From Leucoraja erinacea (Eukaryota): a stretch of DNA of 64,000 bases. The DNA is taken from positions 22,382,001 through 22,446,000 of the forward strand of contig NC_073401.1 in the NCBI RefSeq assembly GCF_028641065.1, in the 5' to 3' direction. This document shows, one piece after another, positions 25,226 through 39,158 of this stretch. Under the pieces are notes generated by a model that was given only the letters and a program-made list of their open reading frames with translations, made no database searches and was not told where the DNA came from. Position 1 is the first letter of the stretch; every line of letters begins with the position of its first letter. A program made the position numbers and the translations under genes.

Positions 25226-25274
25226 ATGTCTTGCTGGATGTCACTGGTTTGTGCGTTAGCATTTTCCGCAGCAT
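25226..25274 (+). CDS. IgL cluster 3 leader exon
   Basis: ATG, signal peptide, T|GTGAGT donor. Confidence 0.93.
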
Positions 25275-25398
25275 GTGAGTATTTTGCTTCCAAAGTTATT
25301 TATTCTGGAGTGCGATTAAACGTTTAGATAGCTGACACTTCTGCTGTTTCGCTAATATCTTGGTTAATGTTGTACTTTTTTTCTGGTTTGTTTTCCAG

Positions 25399-25737
25399 GC
25401 ATAAATGCGCAAATTACACTAAATCAGCCGCCTTCAAAATCCACGTCTCTGGGGCAAAACGTGCAAATATCCTGTATCTCGACTGGTGTCACTTTAAGTA
25501 GTTATTATGTTTCCTGGTACCAGCAGATTCCCGGAGCGGTTCCGCGGTTTCTGTTCTACTATTACTCGGGCATTACTAGAGGTTCGGGAGTTTCTGACCG
25601 TTTCGCGGGATCAGTGTCAGGCAACACTGCAACATTGACAATAGCGAATGTGCAGTTGGGGGACGCTGCGGACTACTACTGTGCTGTGTGGGTAAATGCT
25701 TTCATCTTCGGCAAAGGAACGAGGCTGGGTATTGGCG
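25399..25737 (+). CDS. IGLV: IgL cluster 3 germline-joined VJ exon (CDR2 two residues shorter)
   Basis: CISTGVTLSSYYVSWYQQ..YYYSGITRG..YYC-AVWVNAFI-FGKG; in frame. Confidence 0.97.
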
Positions 25738-27659
25738 GTAAGTAAACTATCTTCTACCTATAGGTTATTGATACTGCTGTGAAAAATAATTAGTTTTTTT
25801 TCGCTATTTGATGTTTCCAATAAAAGGCTTTTAAAGCTGATTTTTTAAAATAATACCCGACCAAGATCGAATCTCCTTTGGCAAATTGGTTGACAACAGC
25901 AATGAAAGGACGAAACGACTGTCCAGCTGTTTTTTTTATTCTTAATTACTTTTCGGACGATGAGCTAATATTGACCAAGCCAGGGTACTAATAAAACCGA
26001 CCGTATGGAAACGGGAATTAACATTAGAGTGACAAGGAACTGCAGATGCTGATTTGCAAAAGAAAAACACCCAAAAAAGCAGAGGAGTGCCTCAGTGGGT
26101 CAGGCAGCATCTCTGGTGAACATAGATTGGCGACGACCCGAAACGCCTCATTCATCTTCTCCAGAGAAGCTCCCGAATCCATCACGTTGTGCATCTTTCG
26201 GGAAATTATTTCTTGCCTTTAATGGCGCCTAGAATTCTAATGGAAAACGCACCTTCAATAATAGCTCATTTTCTGTTGATATTCCATCACGAAATGTAAA
26301 ATGTGGGGATTCTGCGGATCACTAGACCATGATAGACTTTTCCCAACATCGTGAACATGGAGAAATGTGGATTCTTGAAAATTATTGGTTCTCATCCAAA
26401 AATCGGCACGGTGGCGCAGCGGTTTGGCGCTGTAACCCAGTCGGTTCCATCCCGACTACGGGTGCTGTCCGCACGGAGTTTGTTCGTTCTCCCCGTGACT
26501 GCATGGGGTACAGATTAAATCCTATTTCGAGAGGACTAACTGCCACATTTATCTGTGTCCTCTTTTATACTTTTAAAACTGCTTGAATATTGCTTGTATA
26601 CCTTTTTTTGTAAGTGCTGAAGATTGTCATGGTCAATATTTAGCCGGGATAAACATCGGACACAAACAATATCGCGGTGCGAGGTTTAGTGCAGCGACAT
26701 TGGATTTGAAATCATCCATCGTTATGAATCTATGTTGTTGTTTTTAATTTTTATGCTTTAAAATCTTTGTTTAATTGTATCTCCCGGACATATTCAAAGT
26801 CAACGTATGCTGCCAATGATTTACTGCTAATGCGATATTGAATTCATTTCGTGATTTTGAAATTCCGGTACTTATGGGTTTTGTTGCCAGATGGAATTGT
26901 CATTACACTTAGAGCATGCGGATTCTGGAATCAATGGGACAGCGATTATTTCAATTTTACACGAAAAATAACTGAAAATGTGAAAGCAATTTGCGCATTG
27001 AATTTCCCAACCATATCAGTAATCAGCAAGTGATTACAGTCGATTTACTCTTTTTGCCATTGAGTGTACGGAGTGAGATTCGATGATCAAATTCAGAAAT
27101 TGAGCTAATTTTTTACTTCAAAAAGAAGACACAACATAAACGTAAACCATGTCCAAAATCAATTAAAAATGCGGGAACTAGTCTATGCATCGATGGGTTA
27201 AATGGCAAATTATTCGTGTCTCTTTTATCGAATCCTTCATGGCACTTCGTTCTTTGGCCTTAATGAATGAAAGTATCCAAATAAGACATGTTTTAAGCGA
27301 GTTCAGTTGAAATTGGCACAATAGTTCCACAATTTATTAAATCCTGCAAATGGCTGTCGGGTCCAACACACGATTTTTATTTCAACTGGGCCAATGGCAA
27401 TAATACTCTGGAGATCAATTAAAAACACCGACGAGATAATTTATGTTTAACCACAAAATAGAACGTGTCCCATTGTCATAAATACCAAATAATCTTCGGA
27501 GATCACACTTGGAAAATATCTCACGTTCGCAATTGAACAATTTGAAACAAGTAGAGGAAAAATGTTTATTCATTAAAATGAATGGAATGGTATTTTTAAT
27601 TATGTTTTAACCGAAGCAGTTCTTCAACCTCCACTAATCTGTGATATTATTTTAAACAG

Positions 27660-27982
27660 CACCTCGCGCCCCCGCAATGTCCGTCCTCGGACCTTCAGCG
27701 GAAGAAATCAAGGGAAAGGGCACGGCCACACTGCTGTGTTTGGTGAGCGGGTTTAATCCGGGTGCAGTGGACATTGAGTGGACCGTGGAGGGCAGTGCGA
27801 GAAGTGACGGCGTTGAGACCAGCCCAATCCAGCAGGAGAAGGACAACACGTTCAGTGCGAGCAGTTACCTGACTCTGCCAGTCACAGTCTGGAACTCAAA
27901 CGATCTTTACTCTTGTGTGGTTAAACACGAAACCCAGGCAATCCCGCTTAAGGCAGACATCACCAGAACCGGCTGTATCTAA
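27660..27982 (+). CDS. IGLC: IgL cluster 3 constant exon
   Basis: C1-set domain, intact. Confidence 0.97.
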
Positions 27983-28564
27983 AATTCCTCAATTCCACCT
28001 AATGGAGCTGAAGTGATATATTTTGATCCTTCTTTCTGTCTATATTTGTGAGAAATTGGTCTGGGCATATTGTTTGTTTTTCGACCAGTCTTTGCGTTTA
28101 AAATCGTCGTTTGTCTTGCCAATTGTGAACGCCATTCCATTAAAGCAATCAAATAGTTAATTGAACCTCCTATGTTATTCAATCTCAGCTGATGCATCTT
28201 CAAATATTCATTAATATTCAGTGGTCTGAAGTTTGTATTCTGGATGTTTGCTTACTGCTATCATAAATTCAAACACGACTGTCAAATAAAATCAATAGTC
28301 CATTATTAAGAGCAATACATTTCCGTGACTATTATTTATGGTTTTTGACCTACTAGACGAAACAGCGATTTAGGTTGTCGAAAGTTATATAAAACCGGTG
28401 ACTTTAAGTTGGTTCACTTTATCCAGCACTCGTCCATAGATAGCAGAAACACACACACACACGTTCATATGGAATCCCATTCGAGTGAGGGCGGCTGAAC
28501 ATCATATACCGGCCTACTAATCAATTAGGAATCTATGTCGAACATGATGCTAAAACTAAAGAAA

Positions 28565-30285
28565 CATCTCCGACACCTCCCTCCCGTTTCCTGATCTCAA
28601 TCTCTATCACAGGAGAGAGAATTATTTGGATGAGGGAATTGAATGCAAAATCTCCAAGTTTGCGAATGACACGAAGCTGGGGGCAGTGTTAGCTATGAGG
28701 AGGATGCTAGGAGGCTGCAAGGTGGCTTAGATAGGTTGGGTGAGTGGGCAAATGCATGGCAGATGCACTATAATGTGGATAAATGTGAGGTTATCCACTT
28801 TGGTGGCAAAACAGGAAAGTAAATTATTATCTGAATGGTGGCCGATTAGGAAAAGGGGAGATGCAACGAGACCTGGGTGTCATGGTACACCAGTCATTGA
28901 AAGTAGGAATGCAAGTGCAGCAGGCAGCGAAGAAAGCAAATGGTACGTTAGCATTCATAGCAAAAGGATTTGAGTATAAGAGCAGGGAGGTTCTACTGCA
29001 GTTGTACAGGGTCTTGGTGAGACCATACCTGGAGTATTGCGTACAGTTTTGGTCTCCTAATCTGAGGAAAGACATTCTTGCCATAGAGGGAGTACAGAGA
29101 AGGCTCACCAGACTAATTCCTGGGATGGCAGGACTTTCATATGAAGAAAGACTGGATAGACTCGGCTTGTAAACGCTAGAATTTAGAAGATTGAGGGGGG
29201 ATCTTATAGAAACTTACAAAATTCTTAAGGGGTTGGACAAGCATGATGCAGGAAGATTATTCCCGATGTTGGAGAAGTCCAGAACTAGGGGTCACAGTTT
29301 AAGGATAAGAGGGAAGTATTTTAGGACCGAGATGAGAAAATCATTTTTTACACTGAGAGTGGTGAATCTGTGGAATTCTCTGACACAAAAGGTAGTTGAG
29401 GCCAGTTCAATGGCTATATTGAGGGAGTTAGATGTGGCTCTTGTGGCTAAAGAGATCAGGGGGGTATGGAGAGAAGGCAGGGATGGGATACTGAGATGGA
29501 TTATAAGCCATGATCATAATGAATGGCGGTGCAGGTTCGAAGGGCCGAATGGCCTACTCCTGCACCTATTTTCTATGTTTCTATGTTTCTATGAGATAGA
29601 CCACCGACTGACGTCTATTACAAACCCAATGACTCCCACAACTATCTCTGCTACACTACTTCCCACCCGGCTTCCTGCAAAGACTATCCCTCACTCCCAA
29701 TTCGTCCGTCTGCACCGTATCTGCGCACAAGGTGAGGTGTTCCATACATGGACATCCGAGATGTCCTCATTCTTTAGTGAACGGGAGTCCCCTTCCCCCA
29801 TCATAGATGATGCCCTCACTCGTGTCTCCTCAGTACCCGCAGCTCCGCCCTTGTTCCCCTTCCCCCCCAGTCGCAACAGAGACAGAGTTCCCCTGGTCCT
29901 TAAATTTGACCCCATCAGACGTCGCATACACCACATAATCCTCCAACATTTTCGCCACCTCCAATGGGATCCCGACACTAGTCACATCTTTCCATCTCCA
30001 CCCTTTTCCGCCTTCCGCAGAGATCCTCAGCAACTCCCTGGGTAACTCATCCCTTCCCATCCAAATCACCGTCTCCTCCATAGGCAGAGTGAGGCGAAAT
30101 GCAAATTGGAGGAACAGCATCTCATATTCGCTGGGCAGCCTACAGCCAAGTGGAATGAATGTTGATTTATCCAACATCAAGTAATCCTGACATTCCCTCT
30201 CTCTCTATCCCTCCCCCACCCAAGTCACACCAGCTCCTCGTCTTCACCCAATGATCAGCTAACAACGGGGTTAAGAAGGAGAGAC
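28565..30285 (+). mobile_element. PLE remnant with nested CR1 (28617-29592)
   Basis: Paralog of spacer 1, without the 80-bp templated insert. Confidence 0.88.
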
Positions 30286-30378
30286 AAATCAACCATGATT
30301 GAATGGTGGGTTGAAGATGGGCCGTGGCGTAATTCTACTATTCCTTACGACCTTATGACCTTATCACTGGTCCGCGCG

Positions 30379-31442
30379 GTAGGGATTAACGGGCCCCTTT
30401 CAGACTGGCAGAAAGTGACGAGTGGGGTGCCGCGAGGCTCGGTGCTGGGACCGCAGCAATTTACAATATATGTTAACGATTTAGATGGAGGGATTAAAAG
30501 TAACATTAGCAAATTGCAGGTGATACAAAGCTGGGTGGCAGTGTGAAATGTTAAGTGGATGTTCTGAGAATGCAGCGTGACGTGGCCAGGTTGGGTGAGT
30601 GGGCAGATGCATGGCAGATGCGGTTTAATGTGAATAAATGTGAGGTTACCCAATTAGGTAGCAAAAACAGAAAGAAAGATTATTATCTAAATGGTGTCAA
30701 TTTGGGAAAAGGGGAAGTGCTACGGGATCTGGGGGTCTTTGTTCATCAATCAATGAAAGCAAGCATGCAGGTACAGAAGGCAGTGAAGGAAGCGAATGGC
30801 ATGGTGGCCTTCATAACAAGAGGAGTTGAGTAAAGGAGCAAAGATTTCCTTCTGCAGTTGTAGAAGGCTGTAGTGAGTCCACACCTGGAGGATTGTGTGC
30901 AGTTTTGATCTTCAAATTTGAGGAAGGACATTCTTGTTATCGAGGGAGTGCAGCGTAGGCTCACAAGGTTATTCCAGGATGGCGCGACTGTCATCTGCTG
31001 AGAGAATGGAGCGGCTGGGCTTGTCTACTCTGGAATTTAGAAGGATGAGAGGGAATCATATTGACACATATAGGATTATTAAGGGTTTGCACACGCTAGA
31101 GGCAGGAAATATGTTCCCGAAGTTGGGGGAGTCCAGAACCAGGGGCCACAGTTTAAGAATAAGGGGTAAGCAATTTAGAACGGAGATGGGGAAACACTTT
31201 TTCACACTGAGAGTTGCGAGTCTGTGGAATTCTCTGCCTCAGCGGGCGGTGGAGGCCAGTTCTCTGGAAACTTTCAAGAAATTGCTCGATAGGGCTCTTG
31301 AAAATAGCGGAGTCAGGGGGATATGGGGAGAAGGCAGGAACAGGGTACTGATTGTGGATGATCATCCATAATTACATTGAATGGCCGTGCTGGCTTGAAG
31401 GGCCGTGTGGCCTACTCCTGCGCCTATTGTCTATTGTCTATT
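30379..31442 (+). mobile_element. 5'-truncated CR1-type LINE
   Basis: Paralog of 9259-10327. Confidence 0.88.
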
Positions 31443-31449
31443 ACACAGC

Positions 31450-34070
31450 CATGCCTGTCGCTAACTAGCTCATTCTCCTTCAAATGGGAGTAAATCTCAA
31501 TGAATTATCTCCAATAGTTTCCTACCACTGACGTGCGTCTCACCGGCCTCTATTTCCCTGGATTCCTTCTACGTCTCAATCAACAAAAGAACAACTGGTC
31601 ATTTTCCAGTCCTCTATATGCTCGCCTCTGGCAAGAGAAGAAGCAAATATTCTCAAGACCCCATGGAATCACCTCTCGCCTCCCTCAATAAACTGGGATA
31701 GATACCAACGGGTGCAGGGGACCTATCCAACTCAATGTTCCTCAAGAGCCTCACTGCCGCTCTTTTCAACCTCAAGCCCCAGCATATGTGCCCTAGCATA
31801 TTAGTTTTCTCCACACTGATCTCACCGTCATCCACGTCTTTCTCCTTGGTGAATACAGATGCAGAACGCACTCGTTTAACAATTCCGCTACATCCTTTAT
31901 CCTTGATCAGACCTACCGTATCCTTACACCCTTCTTGTTTTTTAACATATGTATAAAAATGCGCAGTATTTTCCTTAACTCAACAAATCAGTTACATTTC
32001 GTGACCAGTTTGGCCCGACTAATCACCCAGTTGAGCTCTTTGCTACTCATCATTCCTCATAATCCCCGTATGATGGCACTTTGTTAAATCTGAAATACGC
32101 TTCCGTTTTGTTTCTGAAAATGTGTATAACCTCCGTGGTCATTCACGGATCCCTTACCATGACATCGTTATCCATCCTCCTTACTGGAACGTGCTGATCC
32201 TGTACTTGGTTAAATGACTCCCATATATTAGTTGTGGACATACTCAATAACAACTGCAACCAAGCTCCTGCCTAATGACATGTTAATCTGTTTTGCTTCT
32301 GCCAACATCCACACCAAATCTTTATTCAAACCAATATTAAACCTTGTAATGTTGAGGTCACTATCCCCAAGTGCTCTTCCAGCATACCACCAGTCACGTG
32401 GCCATGCACATTTCCCAACACAAGCTCCAGTATCGTCCCTCCTGGATTCAGACTATCCATACACCGTTTAAAGCAAATGTATTGGATATACTTCATAAAT
32501 TCTGTCTCATTTAACCCCCTTGCACTGAACAAAATACAGTCAATACTGGGGAAGTTAACGATACCCACTACAGCAACACTGTAGTCCATGCATCTGTCTG
32601 CATATCCGATCCATCTATTAGATTCGATTAGATTAGATTAGACCTAATCTAATAGATGGACGGATGGATCTCCCGCTGATTATTCGGTGTCCCATAATAT
32701 AATCCCATTAGAGAAACTGGTCCTTTCTTATTTTTAAGCACAATCCACATGTCTCAATAGATGTACCCTCCAGTACGTCCCCTCTGAGTTCCGCCATCCC
32801 AAATATCGAAGCCCTGATACATGTCTCTCCCATAAGAAGGTTTTCATAATGGCCACGACATTATTATTCCAAGCACTGATATCGACTATCTACGTTCATT
32901 TAACTTCATCCACAATACTCCTTGCATTGAAGTAAACATGTCATCCCTTAATTGCCCCATAATCATGAACCAATCCCTGCCCATCTTTCCTTTGAGACTT
33001 ACTTGTTATAACCTCCACTTTCCCATCATCCTTCCCACTTGCAGACTTGCTCCTTTCCTTCCCATTCTTTGTCCATTGTAGCTTAAATTCTCCAGATTAG
33101 TACAAGCAACCTTCACTGAAAAGATTTTGGAGCCCCTTCAGTTCAAATGCAACGTGTCCCTCTTGTGCAGGTTGCCGTTGCGATAACAGAAATCTCAATG
33201 GTCTACAATTCGAATCATTTCCCCTGCACCAACCCCTCAGCCATGCATTCATCTGTCCCATCCTCCTATTGCTACACTCAATAACACGTGGCGACTGTAG
33301 TAATCTAGAGATGGTAATTTAAACCTTTTAGCTAATTCCCATTAGACACTCCGCAGGACCTCATTGCTCTTCGGTATATTTTGCTGATCTACTTATATTC
33401 ACCCCAGAGGACCCCATCCATTTTCCTAACTCTTTTCCCATCTCTTTACACTGACTTTATAGGACCTCATCCAGTTTCCTACATATCATTTGTGCGGACA
33501 TGCACAACGACTTCTGTCTGTTCACCCACCAGGTCGAAAATGCTCTGCAGTCGTTCCAGGACATTCTAGATCCTTGCACCAGAGAGGCAACAGTCCGTCC
33601 ATGAGGCCTACTTGCTCCTGTCTGTCCCCCGCACTAATGTGGTTTATGACAATCACTGCCTGACTTCACACCGCTGCACATCAGAGACAGGCCCAGTGCC
33701 GCAGACCTGACTACTGCTGCTGTCCCCTGAACGGTTACCCCCTCAACTGAAGCAAACGAACATAGCTGTTTTGCAGGGGGAAAGCCTACAGGGGACTCCT
33801 GAACCCTCTGCCTACTCCCTTTGCTGCTGGTCACTCTTCTATTCTTTGTCCGCACCACACGTGTGAGCACCTCACTATGACTTCTAACTATGACTTGCTC
33901 ACTCTCTGGACGAACACGAGGTCATCCAATTGCAACTGCAGATCACTAACAGGGTCTTTCAGGAGCTGCACCTCGACACACCTCCTGCAGATGTAATGTT
34001 CAGAGACGCTACGTCTTCTTCAGTTCCAACATCCCACAGGCTGAGCACACTAGCCTCCATCTCTATGACA
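31450..34070 (-). mobile_element. Decayed CR1-type LINE
   Basis: Paralog of 10340-12950. Confidence 0.7.
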
Positions 34071-35813
34071 CCAAGACCAGGTTGTGCTGCAAAGCAAACA
34101 TAAAGTGACAGAACAAACCGTAACCTAAGGTAACCCTCACAGGAGCCTCTTGAGCTTAAGCCTCAATAAACCAATCTTACTATATATGGCCGCTCCACTT
34201 ATGTTTACCTTCATTTTTTTGCAATAGTTATTTAGCCAAATAACCAAGTGTGACACTTGCCCGCAAATAACGATATAGAAGGTGAACCAATATTCAAATA
34301 AGCATAACTCTGTCCGTTTGTAATGCAATGTAATTGCAATGTATTTAGTATACGCAAACAGTGTCTTCGTAATTCATTGTTACTTGCAGCGAGTGAACAT
34401 ATAGAATGTGGCAAGTGTCAAATAAAGCGGATTATTTTGCTGTGAATTAAGTTATTTTACTTGATTGCTGTCGGAGCTGCACACATCTAGGTAAGCTGAA
34501 AGCATTTCAGAAATACTAAGCAGTATTAAAAAAAATCGGAAACAAAGCTTGAGACATTGATGCCTCTGCTTGGCTTGTTTACAAGTCACCGATCTGAGGA
34601 CTTTATAGGGCACTGTACGGGCACATTCGTGGAAAGGACCGCTCTCTTTTGATTAATTGTCAGCCGAATTGTAAGAGGCCAAATAAGAAAATGCTGATAT
34701 TTTTCGGTTCTTTAGGCTGTATTTTCTTGTTGATATGCTTTAGCATTGATTCACACGGTGCTGTAGCAATCCACAATATGAAAAGAGGCTTTCGCTATAA
34801 ATAGAGCGATTGGTTCGCAGTAAGAAATGTGCGCGCGTCATATCAAGCAACGCTGTTCACATCTAAATATAATTCCATATATCGAATGAAGGTTGACAGA
34901 ATTCATACCATGGCAATCCAAACACCTACAGACTCACTTCACCTTTTTAACGGATAAAGCTACCTTGGCGATGAAATATATTTTTCAATTTCCTTCTCAA
35001 TTTCACGTGCAATGTCAGTGAACCTGAACAAACCTTGGGTGCTACGAGCTAACATGGTTTCCAAAAATAACTCAAAAATCTTTGCATTGGTTTTGGCAGT
35101 GACTTGCGTAGACAGTAAGTTGGCCAGAATTGGCACCGAGATTTAAACAATCATAAATAATTTGCAGTCAATTGCAAACATCTCTTAGTCGCTATCTTCA
35201 TCATAATATTCGCCAGTATCAAATACAATGTGCAATCCCGCGCAGTAGGATGGCACAGTGAGATCAGATTAATCAGCACTGAAAATGATAAGTTACCTCC
35301 ATAAATATAATTTATTTCAACACACACTCTCTGCAACAACACAGAAAACGATTCAAACTGAATGGAAAACCAGAATTGAATGTCCCGTTTCAAATAACAC
35401 AAATTCTCCAGTTGTAGGAAGGAACTGCAGATGATCGTTTACACCGAAGATAAGCACACATTGTTGGATTTAAGATGGAATAGGTGACGTTTCGGGTAGC
35501 GACCCTTCTTCATACTGAGAGTCACGGGAGAGGGAAACTAGAGATATCAAAACAGAATATCTTACGTGCTTGGAAATATATTAAATTGTACCGAGATACA
35601 TAATTGGAAACTAAATCCTTATCTACCTAACATTTCGGAAATAATTTGACACAGGAACAATCTGGCAACATTTGATTGGCGCAGCATCCATTCTGATTTG
35701 AGTGTTTTGCATAATTAATGAAGGCAGTGACGCCTCGCAACAGGGTTCATAAGCGACCTGGAGAGACACCTGATCAACCACTTCATCTGGCGCCCTCCAC
35801 CAAAATAATTACA

Positions 35814-35862
35814 ATGTCTTGCTGGATGTCACTGGTTTGTGTGTTAGCATTTTCAGCAGCGT
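35814..35862 (+). CDS. IgL cluster 4 leader exon
   Basis: ATG, signal peptide, T|GTGAGT donor. Confidence 0.93.
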
Positions 35863-35978
35863 GTGAGTATTTTACTTCCAATGTTATTTATTCTGGAGTG
35901 CGATTAAACGTTTAGATATCTGACACTTCTCGCTAATATCTTGGTTAATGTTGTACTTTTTTCTGGTTTGTTTTCCAG

Positions 35979-36323
35979 GCATAAATGCGCAAATTACACT
36001 AAATCAGCCGCCTTCAAAATCCACGTCTCCGGGGCAAAACGCGCTAATTTCCTGTATCTTGACTGGCGGCAGTTTAGGTAGTTATTATGTTTCCTGGTAC
36101 CAGCAGATTCCCGGAGCGGTTCCGCGGTTTCTGTTCTACTATAACTCGGGCAACAGCATTGTTAGAGGTTCGGGAGTTTCTGACCGTTTCGCGGGATCAG
36201 TGTCAGGCAACACTGCAACATTGACAATAGCGAATGTGCAGTTGGGGGACGCTGCGGACTACTACTGTGCTGTGTGGATAAATGCTTTCATCTTCGGCAA
36301 AGGAACGAGGCTGGGTATTGGCG
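35979..36323 (+). CDS. IGLV: IgL cluster 4 germline-joined VJ exon
   Basis: CILTGGSLGSYYVSWYQQ..YYNSGNSIVRG..YYC-AVWINAFI-FGKG. Confidence 0.97.
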
Positions 36324-38253
36324 GTAAGTAAACTATCTTCTACCTATGGGTTATTGATACTGCTGTGAAAAATAATTAGTTTTTTGTCGCTAATTGATGT
36401 TTCCAATTAAAGGCTTTTAAAGCTGATTTTTTAAATAATACGCGAGCAAGATCGAATCTCCTTTGGCAAATTGGTTGACAACAGCAATGAAAGGACGAAA
36501 TGACTGTCCAGCTGTTTTTTTTACTCTTAATTAATTTTCGGACGATGAACTAACATTGACCAAGCCAGGGTACTAAGAAAACCGACCGTATGGAAACGGG
36601 AATTAACATTAGAGTGACAAGGAACTGCAGATGCTGATTTGCAAAATAAAACCCCCGAAAAAAGCAGAGGAGTGCCTCAGTGGGTCAGGCAGCATCTCTG
36701 GTGAACATAGATTGGCGATGACCCGAAACGCCTCATTCATCTTCTCCAGAGAAGCTCCCGAATCCATCACGTTGTGCATCTTTCGGGAAATTATTTCTTG
36801 CCTTTAATGGCGCCTAGAATTCTAATGGAAAACGCACCTTCAATAATAGCTCATTTTCTGTTGATATTCCATCACGAAATGTGAAATGTGGGGATTCTGC
36901 GGATCACTAGACCATGATAGACTTTTCCTAACATCGTGAACATGGAGAAATGTGGATTCTTGAAAATTATTGGTTCTCATCCAAAAATCGGCACGGTGGC
37001 GCAGCGGTTTAGCGCTGTAACCCAGTTGGTTCCATCCCAACTACGGATGCTGTCTGCACGGAGTTTGTTCGTTCTTCCCGTTACTGCATGTGGTACAAAT
37101 AAATAAAATCCTATTTCGAGAGGACTAGCTGCCACATTTATCCTTGTCCTCTTTCATGCTTTTAAAACTGCTTAAATATTGCTTGTATACTTCTTTTGTA
37201 AGTGCTGAAGATTGTCATGGTCAATATTTAGCCGGGATAAACATCGGACGCAAACAATAACGCGGTGCGAGGTGTAGTGCAGCGACATTGGATTTGAAAT
37301 CATCCATCGTTATGAATATATGGTGTTGTTTTTTAACTTTTATGCTTTCAAATGTTTGTTTAATTGTGTCTCCCGGACATATTCAAAGTCAATGTCTGCT
37401 GCCAATGATTTACTGCTAATGCGATATTGAATTCATTTCGTGATTTTGAAATTCCGGTACCTATGAGTTTTGTTGCCAGATGTAATTGTCATTACACTTA
37501 GAGCATGCGGATTCTGGAATCAATGGGACAGCGATTATTTCAATTTTACACGAAAAATAACTGAAAATGTGAAAGCAATTTGCGCATTGAATTTCCCAAC
37601 CATATCAGTAATCAGCAAGTGATTACAGTCGATTTACTATTTTTGCCATTGAGTGTACGGAGTGAGATTCGATGATCAAATTCAGAAATTGAGCTAATTT
37701 TTTACTTCAAAAAGAAGACACAACATAAACGTAAACCATGTCCAAAATCAATTAAAATATGCGGGAACTAGTCTATGCATCGATGGGTTAAATGGCAAAT
37801 TATTCGTGTCTCTTTTATCGAATCCTTCATGACACTTCGTTCTTTGGCCTTAATAAATGAAAGTATCCAAATAAGACATGTTTTAAGCGAGTTCAGTTGA
37901 AATTGGCACAATAGTTCCATAATGTATTAAATCCTGCAAATGGCTGTCGGGTCCAACACACGATTTTTATTTCAACTGGGGCCAATGGAAATAATACTCT
38001 GGAGATCAATTAAAAACACTGACGAAATAATTTATGTTTAACCACAAAATAGAACGTATCCCATTGTCATAAATACCAATTACTCTTCGGCGATCACACC
38101 TGGAAATGATCTCATGTGCGCAATTGAACAATTTGAAACAAGTAGAGGAAAAATGTTTATTCATTAAAATGAATGGATCCATGGTATTTTTAATTATGTT
38201 TTAACCAAAGCAGTTCTTCAACCTCCACTAATCTGTGATATTATTTTAAACAG

Positions 38254-38576
38254 CACCTCGCGCCCCCGCAATGTCCGTCCTCGGACCTTCAGCGGAAGAA
38301 ATCAAGGGAAAGGGCACGGCCACCCTGCTGTGTTTGGTGAGCGGGTTTAATCCGGGTGCAGTGGACATTGAGTGGACCGTGGAAGGCAGTACGAGAAGTG
38401 ACGGCGTTGAGACCAGCCCAATCCAGCAGGAGAAGGACAACACGTTCAGTGCGAGCAGTTACCTGACTCTGCCAGTCACAGTCTGGAACTCAAACAATCT
38501 TTACTCTTGTGTGGTTAAACACGAAACCCAGGCAATCCCGTTTGAGGCAGACATCACCAGAACCGGCTGTATCTAA
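38254..38576 (+). CDS. IGLC: IgL cluster 4 constant exon
   Basis: C1-set domain, intact. Confidence 0.97.
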
Positions 38577-39158
38577 AACTCCTCAATTCCACCTAATGGA
38601 GCTGAAGTGATATATTTTGATCATTCTTTCTTTCTATATTTGTGACAAATTGGTCTGGGCATATTGTTTGTTTTTCGACCAGTCTTTGCGTTTAAAGTCG
38701 TCGTTTGTCTTGCCGATTGTGAACGCCATTCCATTAAAGCAATCAAATTGTTAATTGAACCTCCTATGTTATTCAATCTCAGCTGATGCATCTTCAAATA
38801 TTCATTAATATTCAGTGGTCTGAAGGTTGTATTCTGGATGTTTGCTTACTGCTATCATAAATTCAAACACGACTGTCAAATAAAATCAATAGTCCATTAT
38901 TAAGAGCAATACATTTCCGTGACTATTATTTATGGTTTTTGACCTAATAGACGAAACAGCGATTTAGGTTGTCGAAAGTTATATAAAACCGGTGACTTTA
39001 AGTTGGTTCACTTTAACCAGCGCTCGCCCATAGGTAGCAGAAACACACACACACGCGTTCATATGGAATCTCATTCGAGTGAGGGCGGCTGAACATCATA
39101 TACCGGCCTACTAATCAATTAGGAATCTATGTCGAACATGATGCTAAAACTAAAGAAA

